64,000 bases of DNA from Octopus sinensis (lineage: Eukaryota). Location: NCBI RefSeq assembly GCF_006345805.1, contig NC_043001.1:58714001-58778000 (forward strand). The letters run 5' to 3'. This document shows, piece after piece, positions 15,030-27,900 of this stretch. A model generated the notes under the pieces. It did no database searches and was not told the DNA's origin. It was given only the letters and a program-made list of their open reading frames with translations. Position 1 is the stretch's first letter; each line of letters opens with the position of its first letter. The position numbers and the translations under genes are program-made.

Positions 15030-15529
15030 TAGTGGTACAACAAAGCACCGGTGTTTACTGGAAATAGCAGTTGATACATTTACAACCGTATAGTAAAGCT
15101 TCAATGTATATATACTGACAAAGGCCTTTCAGGGCAGCTAACAAAAAGCAAAAAAAAAATTCTTACCTCTTGGAAGAACATTATATAAATGGACAACACA
15201 GAATTGGATAACCCAGTACCTAGAATTCGGACTCTTCAAATAAGTGTGTCATCGTAAATTTGATTAGTCTTCATCAGTTGTATTTACCTAGACAATATTT
15301 CAAATGTTGCTAAATCAATGCCAGTATACTCGCCTGATCGCTTAGCCGTTAACAAACCGAGAACAGTGAAAAAGTTTTTAATGCAAACTAGAATATTGCA
15401 ATACACTCATACACACACACGCATACACACACACATACTCGCACACGCACGCACACACATACAAACGCACACACTCACACACACACACACATATTTATAT
15501 ATATATAAACGAGTAAAAATTCGACCAAG

Positions 15530-16100
15530 ATCAAGAAGTTATGAGGAGAAATGACAGATTGTTATGTGCAGATTCTTCGGAGGTTCCAAGTCTTATGCAT
15601 AGAAAATTTCCTACAACCGTTATGGTTTTAGTGGTTGTCGGCAATGAAGGAGATGTGATGCTTCCTTACATCTTTCCACAAGGCATTAGATTGAACTCTG
15701 CCGCTTACAGTGAGGTCCTAGAAATAATTGTTAAGCTCGGGATATACAGTGTATACAATAGAAGGTCATATGTATTTTAGTAAGACCCTGCACAATCACA
15801 CATGGCTCTAGCAACACATAAATGGATGGTTGAACATTTTCATGATCACATAACCACTAAAACTTTGGCCTCCTAATTCCACAGATCTCAATCTGGAGCG
15901 TTGTTGAGACAGAGGTCATTGAACACGCCCATGACAATAAAGATTCTATGAAAGCTGCCATAGTCCAAAACAAACTAGGACCACTTGATTCGAGGATATA
16001 GATGATTAAGATCTCATATCAAAGTAGCTGCTGAAGCTGAAGGTGGCTTTATTGAATAACATTATAGAAAAGAAGGTTTATTTTTATCCGCATAGCATTT
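15530..16100 (+). pseudogene. Tc1/mariner-superfamily transposase relic, maT/DD37D-like
   Basis: RNDRLLCADSSEVP..HRKFPTTVMVLVVVGNEGDVMLPYIFPQGIRLNSAAYSEVLE, YVF*[Q]DPAQSH, WPPNSTDLN; stops and deletions present. Confidence 0.8.
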
Positions 16101-16172
16101 TTATAAATATACATCTGTCCTCAAATATCTTACGCACCCTCTAAACATACATACATACACACACACACACAC

Positions 16173-16207
<35 letters not shown>

Positions 16208-16214
16208 GTATATA

Positions 16215-16410
16215 TGCAGCATGGACTTTGTCAGTGAACAGGTCGCGGATTTTAGCGACGAAAATATTTTGACAAATTAAACTTAAATGTTGAAGTGAAT
16301 CGAACGGCTTTTGTGTGTTTCTTAAATGGCTTATAAACACCTTCCACGCTGCAATTGTTTCAGCACACGATCTCAGATCAAATTACTTGCTATGCGAGTA
16401 CATCTCCGTA

Positions 16411-16411
<1 letters not shown>
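16215..16411 (+). mobile_element. ~195-bp interspersed repeat in (TA)n carrying a hammerhead-like motif
   Basis: Flanked by (TA)n on both sides; its 3' half (cacgctgcaa..ctcagatcaa.t.acttgctatgc.agta) recurs at ~25245-25305. Confidence 0.6.
16227..16276 (+). ncRNA. Minimal type I hammerhead-like ribozyme, G3-C8 core variant
   Basis: tttgtca-GTGAACA-g-gtcgc(ggatttta)gcgac-GAAA-at/at-T-T-tgacaaa: 7-bp stem I, 5-bp stem II, palindromic stem III AATATT. Confidence 0.6.
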
Positions 16412-16464
<53 letters not shown>

Positions 16465-16620
16465 TACCTACATATATAAGTATATATACATGCATATACA
16501 GTACAAGACGACAGAAACACGTGAACAGAATGAGAAACAAGAACATATAAATCAAAATCATAGAAACGAACTTTTTCTCGAACAACAAAGAAACACATAC
16601 AGAAACGAGACAGGCAATAT

Positions 16621-17242
16621 AAAAAACATTCTCTGCATCAGTTGTCCCCTGTTTTATCTACTCCGCGTTCGAAGGTAGGGACAGGACTCGTTTTCATTAA
16701 AACTGTCCTTCCCGCAATGCAAATTAAATAAAATTTGGGATTATTTGCAGAGGATTAATGTGGTAACAAAAACAGGACAGTAAGAACAAAATAGTAAAAA
16801 CAAACGGTGAGTGCTGTTAAGCCATGACAAAGTGGTAGTGAACGCTGGAAAAATGAGTTTTGAGAAGAGACAGGCAAAAGCACGTCTTGTCTTTAGGAAG
16901 GAAGTGGGAGAAAGATAGATAACCGCTGGTCACGTGTGAGCAGCGAGAGAATCAAGAAGGCAGAGTGAGAGAGAGGGAGGGAACAGTGAAGGGGAGAGGG
17001 GCAGAATAGGGTAAGTGTGGGAAACGTTGTCATGGCTTAACAACCCTCACCGTTTGTTTTTACTTTTTTGTTCTTACTGTCCTGTTTTTGTTACCACTTT
17101 AACAGTCTGCAAAAAGAACATCCCAAATTTTATTTAATTTGACTTGCGGGAAGGATGGTTTTAACGAAGTCGCGTCTTGTCCCTACCTTCGAAAACGCGG
17201 AGTAGGTAAAACAGTGGACAACTGATGCAGAGAATGTTCTTT
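16621..17242. mobile_element. Fold-back/MITE-like element with ~205-bp imperfect inverted arms
   Basis: 16625-16830 (aacattctctgcatcagttgtcc..gttaagccatgacaa) is the inverted counterpart of 17027-17238 (ttgtcatggcttaac..caactgatgcagagaatgtt); ~195-bp purine-rich spacer. Confidence 0.85.
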
Positions 17243-17268
17243 ATGTTCTTTATGCACATATACATACA

Positions 17269-17300
<32 letters not shown>

Positions 17301-18821
17301 CATGCATACATACATACATATATACATACACACATATACATATACATATAATAGATATGAGGAATTTATGTCAGAGTGAATCAAAATGGTGTTCAAATTA
17401 TAAACGCCATTTGTGTTAACATTTTATGCATTTAGCGCAGCAAAGATCAACTTTAACATACTCAATGTTATTCATATAAATGTGGGTTCTATGTAATCGT
17501 ACCTTGTTTCTCTTCTGACATCCTGTGAATTCATGAGCATATGTTCTTATGAATACATATAATAAAATTGTGTATATATATATATGTGTGTGCATGTGTG
17601 TGTATACATATATGTATGTATATACATGTGTGTGTGTGTGCATGTGTGCAGTTGATGTTGTTAAATCAGTAAAGTTAAATTACATATTGTTTTGACTCAA
17701 TACAGATTTACAGTAGTGTATAATAAATTTATCGATATATTTTCTGGAAACTGTTCAGTTTATATATTCAGAGATCATCAGATCTTAAGTAATAAAAACA
17801 AAAATAATAATTATTAATAAAGTAATGTCTATCTATCTAGCTATCTATCTTTCTATCTATTTATCTATCTATCTACAGAGATTAGGTACGAAAGTATTAT
17901 TGGTGGAGAAACAAAAGAAAAAAAGGGAGACGAAGCCTCATGTCAGTACAATTTGCACCAATGGATTGGAATAGTACGAACATTTACGAAATGCCATTTA
18001 TGTAACTTTGGAATTTGCATATAGAACAGGTAAAACGTCTCTTGTGTACTATTCTTGTTTGAAACATAATTAACGAGGAACCTAACTAAAATGTCGAAAT
18101 GAAATGTAACGCATAAGGCATCATTGAATTACAGTCCCGAATCTGGGTGAGTATATGTTTTAATGTACTTCTGTAAATCATGCGTTACTAATTCACGTTG
18201 CAAACGCAACTTGTATGGCAAAGAAACAGAAATTAAACTATATACATGCATTGATGTTGCTTGTATATTCATGAATGTGGGTGTGTACTTTTATTAATAA
18301 TATATAGCAGAAGTAACAGTCAATCTGTTATTTCTGTTAAACATATATGTATATATATATATAGTCAATTTGAGTATATAAACCTCTTATAGGGGTGATT
18401 CCATCTAAGTTACACTGGTTTAATATATCATACTGTGAAGAGATATCTCTACAGCAAATATATTATTAATATCAAATATTATTAAGCAAGAAAATAAAGG
18501 ATAAAATTAATTTATCAATTAACTAACATTACTGTTACAACTTGAATTTACGTCTACGTGTTTTGTATCATTCAGTCAAAAGCGCATGTGCGTGTATGTG
18601 TGTATGGTGGCTAATTCTGATTGGTTCTTTTCCTATCTATAAAACTTGCTGTAAATTTAAAGTATAAAAGCCATCTCAATATGGCTAACCACGAAGTGGG
18701 GGTGTTACTGTAGCTTTTTAGCCCCAGGAGATCATCGTCTCCAGCTGACTTTAGACACCCTTTCAGTGCCCTTGAAGTATTTGCAAAGGGAGGCCATCCC
18801 TTCCTCGCAAGCCTGAGTGAT

Positions 18822-18866
18822 ACGCACGGACCGGTTTCGAGATTATTGTCGCTTATCAACGGGCGT
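18822..18866 (-). ncRNA. Minimal type I hammerhead-like ribozyme, U3-A8 core variant
   Basis: Reverse complement acgcccg-TTGATAA-gcga(caataa)tctc-GAAA-c cg g-TC-cgtgcgt: stem I 6/7 bp, stem II 3/4 bp, palindromic ACCGGT, GUC triplet. Confidence 0.65.
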
Positions 18867-19129
18867 TAACCACCAGGTCACGATGAAAGACAAGGCCCGC
18901 TTTGCAAACATATAAGAGTTTTTCTAGTGACGTCTGCCACTGATTTCGAAAAAGTGACTGTAATCATTATTAAATCTCAGAGCGAGATGTAAACAGTAAC
19001 CGCTCGACAATTTGCAAATAATTTTTTTTTTTAAGCCAGTCTTAACTACAGCATTCACGTACGTGAGTGTTATTTTTTTGAATCATTTATTATTAATAAA
19101 ATTGTTTCGTGTTTTTTAAACACGTTGTT

Positions 19130-20690
19130 ACACTAGTTTAACTGCCTTACGGCAGTTTGTAGGCACTTTCCCCCTTCGATGAAGTGGGTAACACAAGAAT
19201 TAACAATGGAGTACGAAAGCCTCACCTTTTCGGAGCCTACGTCTCTGAGGAGGAACTATTGAGGTCTGTCGAAGTAATGGAGGAGCAGGTGAAGAAAAGA
19301 AGTTTTGCGGCTGTCTCCAAGAGCCACAGCAACGAAATCTAACAGAACTGAGTAAATATAACAACATCCTTTGTAGGGAGGGGTGCGATGTAAAGGTGTC
19401 CCCTCCTCAAGGAATTTTGAAAACTGTCAAGGAGAAAATTATAATATATAGAATGTACTCCATGAAAACAAAGAAAATCGAAATAATGACGACCACGCAA
19501 GTAGAAAAAGCCTTCAAACCAATCTGGCAAGGGATTTCCTACTTTGCCAGAGGAGGGAAGCTCGGAACAGTAGAGGTGCGCTTCTGAGATATAGCTACTG
19601 TCAGATTACACTCGTCAATCCCTTTAAAGACAGAAGTGGTACTTCTACCCATGTACCATGGGAGTCGTGCTTCCAGGTTTAGGGTAGAGGATACAACCAC
19701 CAGAGACTGATCTAGCCCGGCTAGTAGCTGCCATACTGCTGGGCAATGAAGATAAGATAGCAGTCCTCCAAGGATATGATTATCCAGGCGCCCTTGGAGG
19801 AGCTTGAAAATTTAGTAGAAGCTATCTCTATAGAAGATGTTATAATCAGGGTCAGAGTGGAGGGCAGGAACCCACGTTGCTACAAGTGTGGCCTAAAAGA
19901 CTACATTAGAGCGGACTGTCCTCCGCCACCAAAGAAAACCCAAGAAAACCCGTAAGCAGGGAGAAAGTTGCACCTCCAGCCCCAACAAAAGAAAACTCAA
20001 GTGCTGAGGAAGAAGAAAAAGCAAGCAACGAATGAAATGATTGGGACACGGTCGGAGGGAAAAAGAGAAACAGAGGAAAAAGATACGCCCTGTGGATGTC
20101 GGCCACCATCCCACACCCACCCGACACCTAACCACAGCCACTTTTCACCTTTCTCCCCTACAGACACGAATCTTCCTCACACCCCCAGTGACACAAAGAA
20201 AAAAACAAACACACAAGATCCCCAAAACTTCCTCTTCCCCGGTTTGTGAAAAAACAAAATGCGTACTGATATACGACGGTTTAAATAAAGAACTCTGGAA
20301 CGAGATAAACACTTGGGAAGATGGAAAAACTGTTAATACTGGGATAGTATGGTGTTATAATTGTGTGCTGGAAACCGGGATCAAATGTCAAAAATAGTTA
20401 ACTATAATAAAGACTTTGAATACTGGGAGAATACAATGGACACCAGACAAGTACAAATGTATATAAACTATCGTAATCTCCGAGATGTTTTCAATATTAA
20501 CATTCTACAGAAAGATGGAGCTTGATGCATTTAAGGTTGTATAAACAGGAAAACTGAAGTCGCTCGGAGGTGGCGCCGAAAGTTGTCTTTCATCTATTCA
20601 TTTTCATTTCATTTTTCTTTCATTCGTTTTTGTCCCCACACATTTTGTGTTGTCCTCTCTACGTTTGCCCCTTGTGGTTAATAAAGAAAT
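19130..20690 (+). mobile_element. Tx1/L1-like element: decayed gag-like ORF1 with zinc knuckle plus 3' tail, no visible ORF2
   Basis: YFARGGKLGTVEVRF, RVRVEGRNPRCYKCGLKDYIRADC (CCHC knuckle with H to Y), Lys/Pro-rich segment, ends gccccttgtggttaataaagaaat. Confidence 0.6.
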
Positions 20691-21029
20691 CAATCTTATC
20701 TACAGCGTGCGCTGGGTGTTCTGTTTTCATTACGCTATGTCCTGAATTACATATTACTGGAAGCAGACTGGTACATATTAACTGACGACGAGGATAGGTA
20801 TATATACTATGGTGCATTTACCCACACAACTATGGAGTACTTCTTCAGACAAGCTATCCCTGCTCTATGGAATCGCTGGAAATGTTCGTTTTGGTATTAT
20901 TTAGAACTAATTCCGATACTAAAGCCAACCATTTATTTATCAGAAAATAAAGTCATTACGCCAATTTTTCAGGGAGGAAGGACAAAGACACTTCGACGCG
21001 TTGAGAATTACAGAATCTGCCACATTAAC

Positions 21030-22010
21030 TAAAGTGTTTTGATTACTGAATGGACTATGGAGATCTGCTAAAAATGTGGACACATCATGTTACTGCTTTA
21101 TAAAATTAAATCAGAATCCTGAAGAAGATTGCAATGATTTCATTGACAGAATACAACAAGCTTTACCTGAGTGTGAATGCAATCTGATTCCTCCAAAAAT
21201 GTTTGAAAACGAAAAGGCTTTGCAATGTCTCCTTTCCGATATTCGTGATGACACTGCCCGTTCTAAATTGCTTTCGGAAGTAAAATTAAAGCTTACTTGA
21301 GAAGGAGCTTGAGCCAAAGCAAAAATATTTCACATCCGCTAACTAAATTTTCTATACAAAGAGAGGCAGATGCTGTAAAAGCTACTACGTCTACAGTAAC
21401 ACGGCCATCTAATCTTACAGAAAAACAGTTTACTATTTTACAGTTTTATCGTTGTGCATTTAAACATTATTTTCCATCTGGGTGCCGGCATCAGCAAACT
21501 GTTTGTCATTTATGTGGTAAAACAGGACATCTTGCCTGAGTTTGTCGTACAAAGAACAATGAAGACAGTTTCGTCTTCACAAAAACAATCAGTGCGAGCG
21601 ATAAAAACAAATCTGGAAAACCAAGACCAAGATTTCGTTTTAATTTTATTTTATTCACTACTGATAATACTACAGTCCGACCACCTCCGTACATTGTTGA
21701 TGTGATAATTGAAGGTCAGTTAGTACGCATGTCTCTGTTGTTACCACTCGTTCTGTCAGTTGTTTACCACTACTTTCTACAAACTACTCAACTTTAAAAA
21801 CATATACCGGGCAAGAAGTCCTAATAATTAGAGTTTGCAATGTAACCTTGCGACATGGTGATGTCATGCGTGTTCTATCCGTATACGTAAATACTGGAAA
21901 TCGTTCAAACCTGTTGGGTCATGATTGGTTACAACAATTACCTAGTACACTCACCTTGATTAAAACTGTGATTCGCCATCAGTGGAACATCTGAAAAAGG
22001 AGTACTGTAC
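21030..22010 (+). pseudogene. Gypsy LTR-retrotransposon gag-protease relic
   Basis: QNPEE..DFIDRIQ, IRDDTARSKLLSE, knuckle CHLCGKTGHLA*VC, protease-like LKTYTGQEV and NLLGHDWLQQL; many stops. Confidence 0.7.
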
Positions 22011-23404
22011 TTTGTTTGACATTAAGCTTGGAAAATTGAACGGATGTAAAGCAACCATAAAATTACTTTCGAACATGTCACCGCGGTTCTCTGAAGCTCG
22101 AACACTTCCGTACGCTTAATTTTGAATTAAGACCGCATTCATTTCAGCAAATTTTATAATACGGCCTGTAGTTAGCCGAAAGTATATTTATAAAATCCGC
22201 ATGCGCAAAACTCAAAATCCTGGAACAATTCTGGAGTGCTGGAACAATTCTGAGTGTGGATTCGGAATCAGCATCCTCGATTTAGTCTAAAACATGCTTT
22301 TACCCCAGTAGCCAAATCTTTGTTGTCCGGTGTTATCAGAAGTCTTCCAACAGTAAACAGCCCATCTTTCATTAACATTTAAGGTACCAATAGCTTTTTT
22401 TTTTTATCATATACTGAATTTCGTTCCTTTTCTTAAATACAATCATTCGAAATTTGGTGTGAAATTCTTGGTCATTTTTATTCAGTTAACGTGATTGTAC
22501 GGCATTTCCTTGTTAATGAAAAGTGACCGTAGTATGTTTTATGAATCCCAGTTCAGTTCTCAACGAAACAATCTATGAGCAAAATGGTGATCTCGTCCAA
22601 ATGTTCCGACCTACTATATCTCCAGGACTACATTATATTGTGACTTTCATTTTGAAGATGTTAGAATGTGGTGTCAAGAATAGGATCCTCCTATTTTCAA
22701 GAGTTGGAGAAACAACGTAGATGTTTCTTCTTTCACGTTAATATATGAGAGATGCAATATTGTCCAAAATTCGAACCTCATAAAGACCTGCCTATTGTGA
22801 ATTTGAAGTTTAGTCTTCTTCATCCTCTATTTAATTGTGATACAGTATATTTTAAAACTCAGGGTATGAGCTGAAGGGCGGTCTTCTGTGGTAGAAGGGA
22901 TTATTTTCTTAGCTGACTGTTTCTGTTGTACTTAAGTATAATAATCTTAACTAGCTGGACCCATGAACATTTTACAGCAGTGCTAATATTTATCACAATG
23001 TAGAAAATCATAGTAGTAGGGATGGTGATGGCATTTATATATTTGTTGTTATTTTTAGCAATGGACTTATGATCAAAATGGTGACCACCTCGACTTTCTG
23101 AATATCTGAGATTAAATAAACCAGTACTATCTTTATATATATTTTTTATGTGTTTAAAAGAGTTTTGGCAAAGCAAGTGGTCAGTGACTCGTTTATTGGT
23201 GATGGTGTTGTTAGTGTTTAACATTTCAAACTTTAATGATAATTCCTTCGATCAAAAGCTTTTGAGCCGCGACACCTCGCATTCTTTTGTATGTAGCATC
23301 ATAACATATTCTATATATTCATGATTTATTCAAAACTGTAATAGTCGAATTTTGGAAGATTTGTCTGTTAATCTAAATACAGCGAGAGGTCAATTGGAGT
23401 TGCC

Positions 23405-23407
23405 GCC

Positions 23408-23447
<40 letters not shown>

Positions 23448-23610
23448 ATGATGTGGAGGAGGAGGAGGAGGATGGTGGTGGTGGTGGTGATGATGATAAT
23501 GATGATGGTGGTGATGACGATGATGATAATGATCATCGTGATCACCATGATCATCATCATAACGACGACGATGACGATGATGTTGAAGATGAAGGGGAGT
23601 GAGAGGAGGA
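23405..23610. repeat. Compound trinucleotide microsatellite (CTG/GAT/GGA/GGT)
   Basis: Direct runs. Confidence 0.95.
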
Positions 23611-24743
23611 GGTGACAGAGAAAGGTGTTGGTAGGGTAGTGACGTTTTCTGTGGCATCGATGTTAATGAAAATGATGATGATCATAATTATAAAGTGTCG
23701 AAAGACAAAAGAACTCCTGAACATTTCTGAAGAAAATCAGGGAAGTGTTCATGAATATTATGAGGAAGCACTGCCATGGGATGGTGGTGGAGTGATAGTA
23801 CTATCTTTAAGGTTAATAATATGTGCAATGCCGGAGCTAGTGTTCTCGATCACATTGACGATGATGATGGTGCTGCTGTTGACAACGACGCCAAAGGCGG
23901 ATCTGCAGGCACGGTGTTGGCTGTGGTAATGCCGAAAATGAATTTTCAAGAGATGGTGGTGAATCAGGAGACGGTGAGGGTGATTTTGCTGCAGTCATGT
24001 ATAAAAAATTTCTTGATGTAAGTTTGAAATACGAGACAGCTTGTTGTTGAGAACAATCAACGAAAATGGTTACATTATTTGCAAGGAGCTCTAATTTAAT
24101 ACCTCGGCTCATGCACAGACCTCCCCCTATATAAGCCACTAACCCTACCTAAACCATCTAAAGCAGCACCATTATCATTGCTACTACTACCTCCTATCCA
24201 AATCTGTATCTCTTCTTTCTCTGGCTGGTGTCACTTTCATTATACTCGTAGCAACAAACCACCCTAATATAAAATCGTTATCCCACCTCTGAATCTGCCT
24301 TTTCTCCATCTGTCTCTCTATCTAAATTTCTCTAGTGTTTGTTTTTATTACCCTTGTTAAGTTTTTCCTAGCTTTAGTTTTATATCATCTATTCTTGCTC
24401 CTGAAGATGTTACTGCAATCTCATTTTATTACTATTTTTTCTTATTATTGCATTTGCTTTATAAATCTATGCTACTTTTATTTTCTATTACCATTTTCTA
24501 TTTTTATTTCATTCTTTCATGCTGTCAGTGAATTCTTTTTATTTTTTCCGACATTTAGTCACTGATGGATGGCTTTGGGGTTTTATTGTACATTTAAGCC
24601 AGAGGTTATTAAAGATCTTACAGATGGTCCGTTTTACTTTAGCTCCACCCATTTTCATTAAAAGGAATTTTCCTATTGCAATTCGGTTTCATTCCTATCT
24701 CGCTAAATACAATTAGAAAAAGGGAGAAGTGTTACTGTCAGTG

Positions 24744-24950
24744 TTCATCATCATCATCATCGTCGTTGTCGTCATCGTCGTCTTCATCGTCACCAAAACT
24801 ACCACCACCACCACCACCACCACCATCACCACCACCACATCATCATCATCATCATCATCATCATCGTCATCATTTAACAACAGCAACAGCAGCAACAGTA
24901 ACAACAACGACAAAAAACAACATCAACATCAAAAATAATGAAAATAACAA
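24744..24950. repeat. Compound trinucleotide microsatellite (CAT/CAC/AAC)
   Basis: Direct runs. Confidence 0.95.
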
Positions 24951-27900
24951 TAATCTACATTATAAAGGAGAAAGCTGCTTACTAATTAGGTATGTAACAA
25001 TTACTAAAAGTACTAAAAGAAAGTAATTATTAAAGGGTTGATCGTCTGGAAACACTTATTTTTTTTTATAAATTCATGCTCTAAGAATTTACCTATAATT
25101 TCTATTTCTCAAATTTATTGAAATTTTTAAACTCCAATTTCTCCCAAATCTAAATATTTACAGCGTCGCATTCATCACAAATTTAAATATTCATTGCATT
25201 CGCTGCGGAATTTGTGTGCTCTTTAATCGTTTACAAACATCTTTCACGCTGCAATAAATTTTGCACACCATCTCAGATCAAGTCACTTGCTATGCAAGTA
25301 TATGTCTGCAATTTTTTAAATCACTGTTGATAAATTCCAGCAATGACATCAGGTTCTCCAATATTTTAATTTCCAAACAGAAAATTCGCGGACAGGGAGT
25401 GGGTTTGCGAAAATTTCATCATTTCTCAAATTTTCTTTTTTATTGCATATAAATGTAATTATGGAGAAAAATATTGAAAAACACCAATACATGCGAGAGT
25501 GAAAGAAACGAGGAGGGTTGTCTTTGGACATGCTAGAAACAACAGCCAAATCGCCCATAACTCACTTTTCCCCCTGAAAATATTGACAATTTGAAAAAAA
25601 ACTTTTACAAAAAATGCTCTTTGCATGGTTTTGAAGTGCAAAAAAAAAAAATGGCCAAAATATGTCCGGAGTGGGAAAATGAGGGAGGAGATTTTAAAAT
25701 AAGAGTTTTCAAAACATTTTTCATACAGAGATGCTCCCCCACATTTCGAAGGCCGTGGTTTATAAAAATGGAGAAAATCCCCGAAAAAATTTCCCCACAA
25801 ATTTATAATCGTAATCCATGCCGTTTGAAAAGGATTCCTATAAATTTTCATTAAGATACCCATCTTCCTGAATGTTATGAAGGAAAAAGGTTAGAGTGTG
25901 TGAATTTTCTGAAACTTCTCTTCCCAGCACTTCGCAAAAATTATTTCCATAAATCCCTATATACTCTGAAGCCACAAAACCTAAGCGGTAGTTGTAGAAA
26001 ATTTTGTTAAAAAGTATCCATCTTTCTGGAAGTTATGAGGCAACAAATTCGGGGCCATATACATCTGTAGCAATGCCCTTTTATTTATATGAATTTTTCA
26101 TTTCATGTTATTTCATTCATTGTTTGCAATGTTCTCTCTCTGTCACATACTGCAAAGCTTACCGATGGGCTGCTATATTGAAATATCTATGTTACTTTGA
26201 GGGGAAAGTAAAACGTGATAAACTGCTTCTCCCTCAGTTGTCGGACTACCGTGGTGTTTGTTTTAAAAAGGGAGATTATAACTCCGATAAAATAATGAAA
26301 TCAATATTCACTAAGCAAGTGAGCAATATTATACAACGAAATAATTAGACGTAAAATATAAAATTTATTAGAAATTGGAATCAAATATGAGGGCTGTCTT
26401 TCTTCTAGTCATAATAATTTTCTAACGTTGGTAGCAGAATGTAGACTGTCGAAAGTAACTACTGTGAGACATTTTGTTAAATATTATCATCGCTTCGCTT
26501 TCAAACACACTCTATCAAGGCAATTTTTTGCTCCTTTCTTGTGAAACTCTATAGTCTTCTTATTAATAATCTACACTTCTTAGCTACTCCAAAGAGTGCT
26601 TGAGTTGTTTGCAGTGATAAAATGTTTATACTTTTCAGGTAGGATCTTATTTCCTCGTCACATTTGATGTCTACATATTTCTCTATTCTTTGCCTTTCGA
26701 TACTATCTGTATTCTATGCGTTTATTTATATGGACCTTTTGAACTTGATCTATATTTTTTACCTGTAAGAAGCTAAATTACTCATATCACACATTTTTTC
26801 TTGATCATAAACATGATAAGAAGCTCCGGGATACTGTAATTTATCAATTCCTCAACGAATATCCGTGCAACTGTAATGAAATTATTACGTTGTTTTTCGT
26901 TTTTATTGAATAATTTCAGGCAAACGACAAATAATACATTGCATAGGCTTTGTACACTTTATCTTCCTTCATGTCCCTGCCGTGACCTTTCTTAATATAT
27001 GGGATTCGTTTGATTTATATATATCATGTAGATATGTAGTCTTTTTAATATATCTTACTATTTCTCTTTACTTTCGAAGTTGGTCAGTGCAGTACGTGAG
27101 TACTTTCTCACGAAGTGCTTCGTATTAATTCTGTGAAAGGACTTGATACTAAAGCCTATTTTGAGAATTGCTAAGCATTTGATTATCTAGAATTGCAGGG
27201 TTATGATCAAAGTTATATTATAATCAATCCAGGTAAAATATAATTGTTTGTTTTCTTTCATAATTACCAATCATAGCTTTTTTATGAAAGGATTTGAACT
27301 ATCTTTGTTGCATTGTTCCCAGCAATGTGGTAGCGGTAATTTGGTGCTTAAATAAGTTTAGATTTCTTTTGGGATTCTGAGGAGTTTTCAAACTTCTGGA
27401 AAACCAATGATAGGTTCATAGCTGGTTACTTCTTTTCAATTTCCCGTGGCTTTCCCATTAGTTTTAGTTTAAGATAACAACAGAATTAGAGTTGTATTAT
27501 AAGAAAAGATACAATATTTGTTTCTCTATATTTCAAACACACAAAACGAATCATCAGCAATATTTGCCAGTAAAAACGTATGATTTCAAGCAAAAAGCTT
27601 GGCGAATACAAAACAAATCGGGAAGAACAGTAATGTATATGAACCAAATGAATGTCACGAAAGCTTTGCGAACGATCAGTTTGAGATACCACTTGAAGCA
27701 ACATAAAGTGAAATCTCTTTGATTTGGATAGACAGATCATATAGTATTACACGCATCAACCTCATTTTCTTTCTGAAATATCTGCAGTTGCCCGCTTCCG
27801 GTGTATTCAGATATCTTGTTCGCTTATTATATCATTCTGCAGATAACAGGTTTGTTTCTCTTTTAATTGCTTTTTAATGCTTGGTATAGGAATCACGTAG

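Noticed and set aside
23405-24950. Complementary GAT/GGT and CAT/CAC tracts facing each other as a possible fold-back
   Set aside because: Complementarity is limited to simple repeats and is expected by chance at this microsatellite density.
23352-25026. His/Pro/Gln-rich ORFs resembling transcription-factor low-complexity regions
   Set aside because: They are compound trinucleotide runs open in several frames on both strands, with no domain or splice support.
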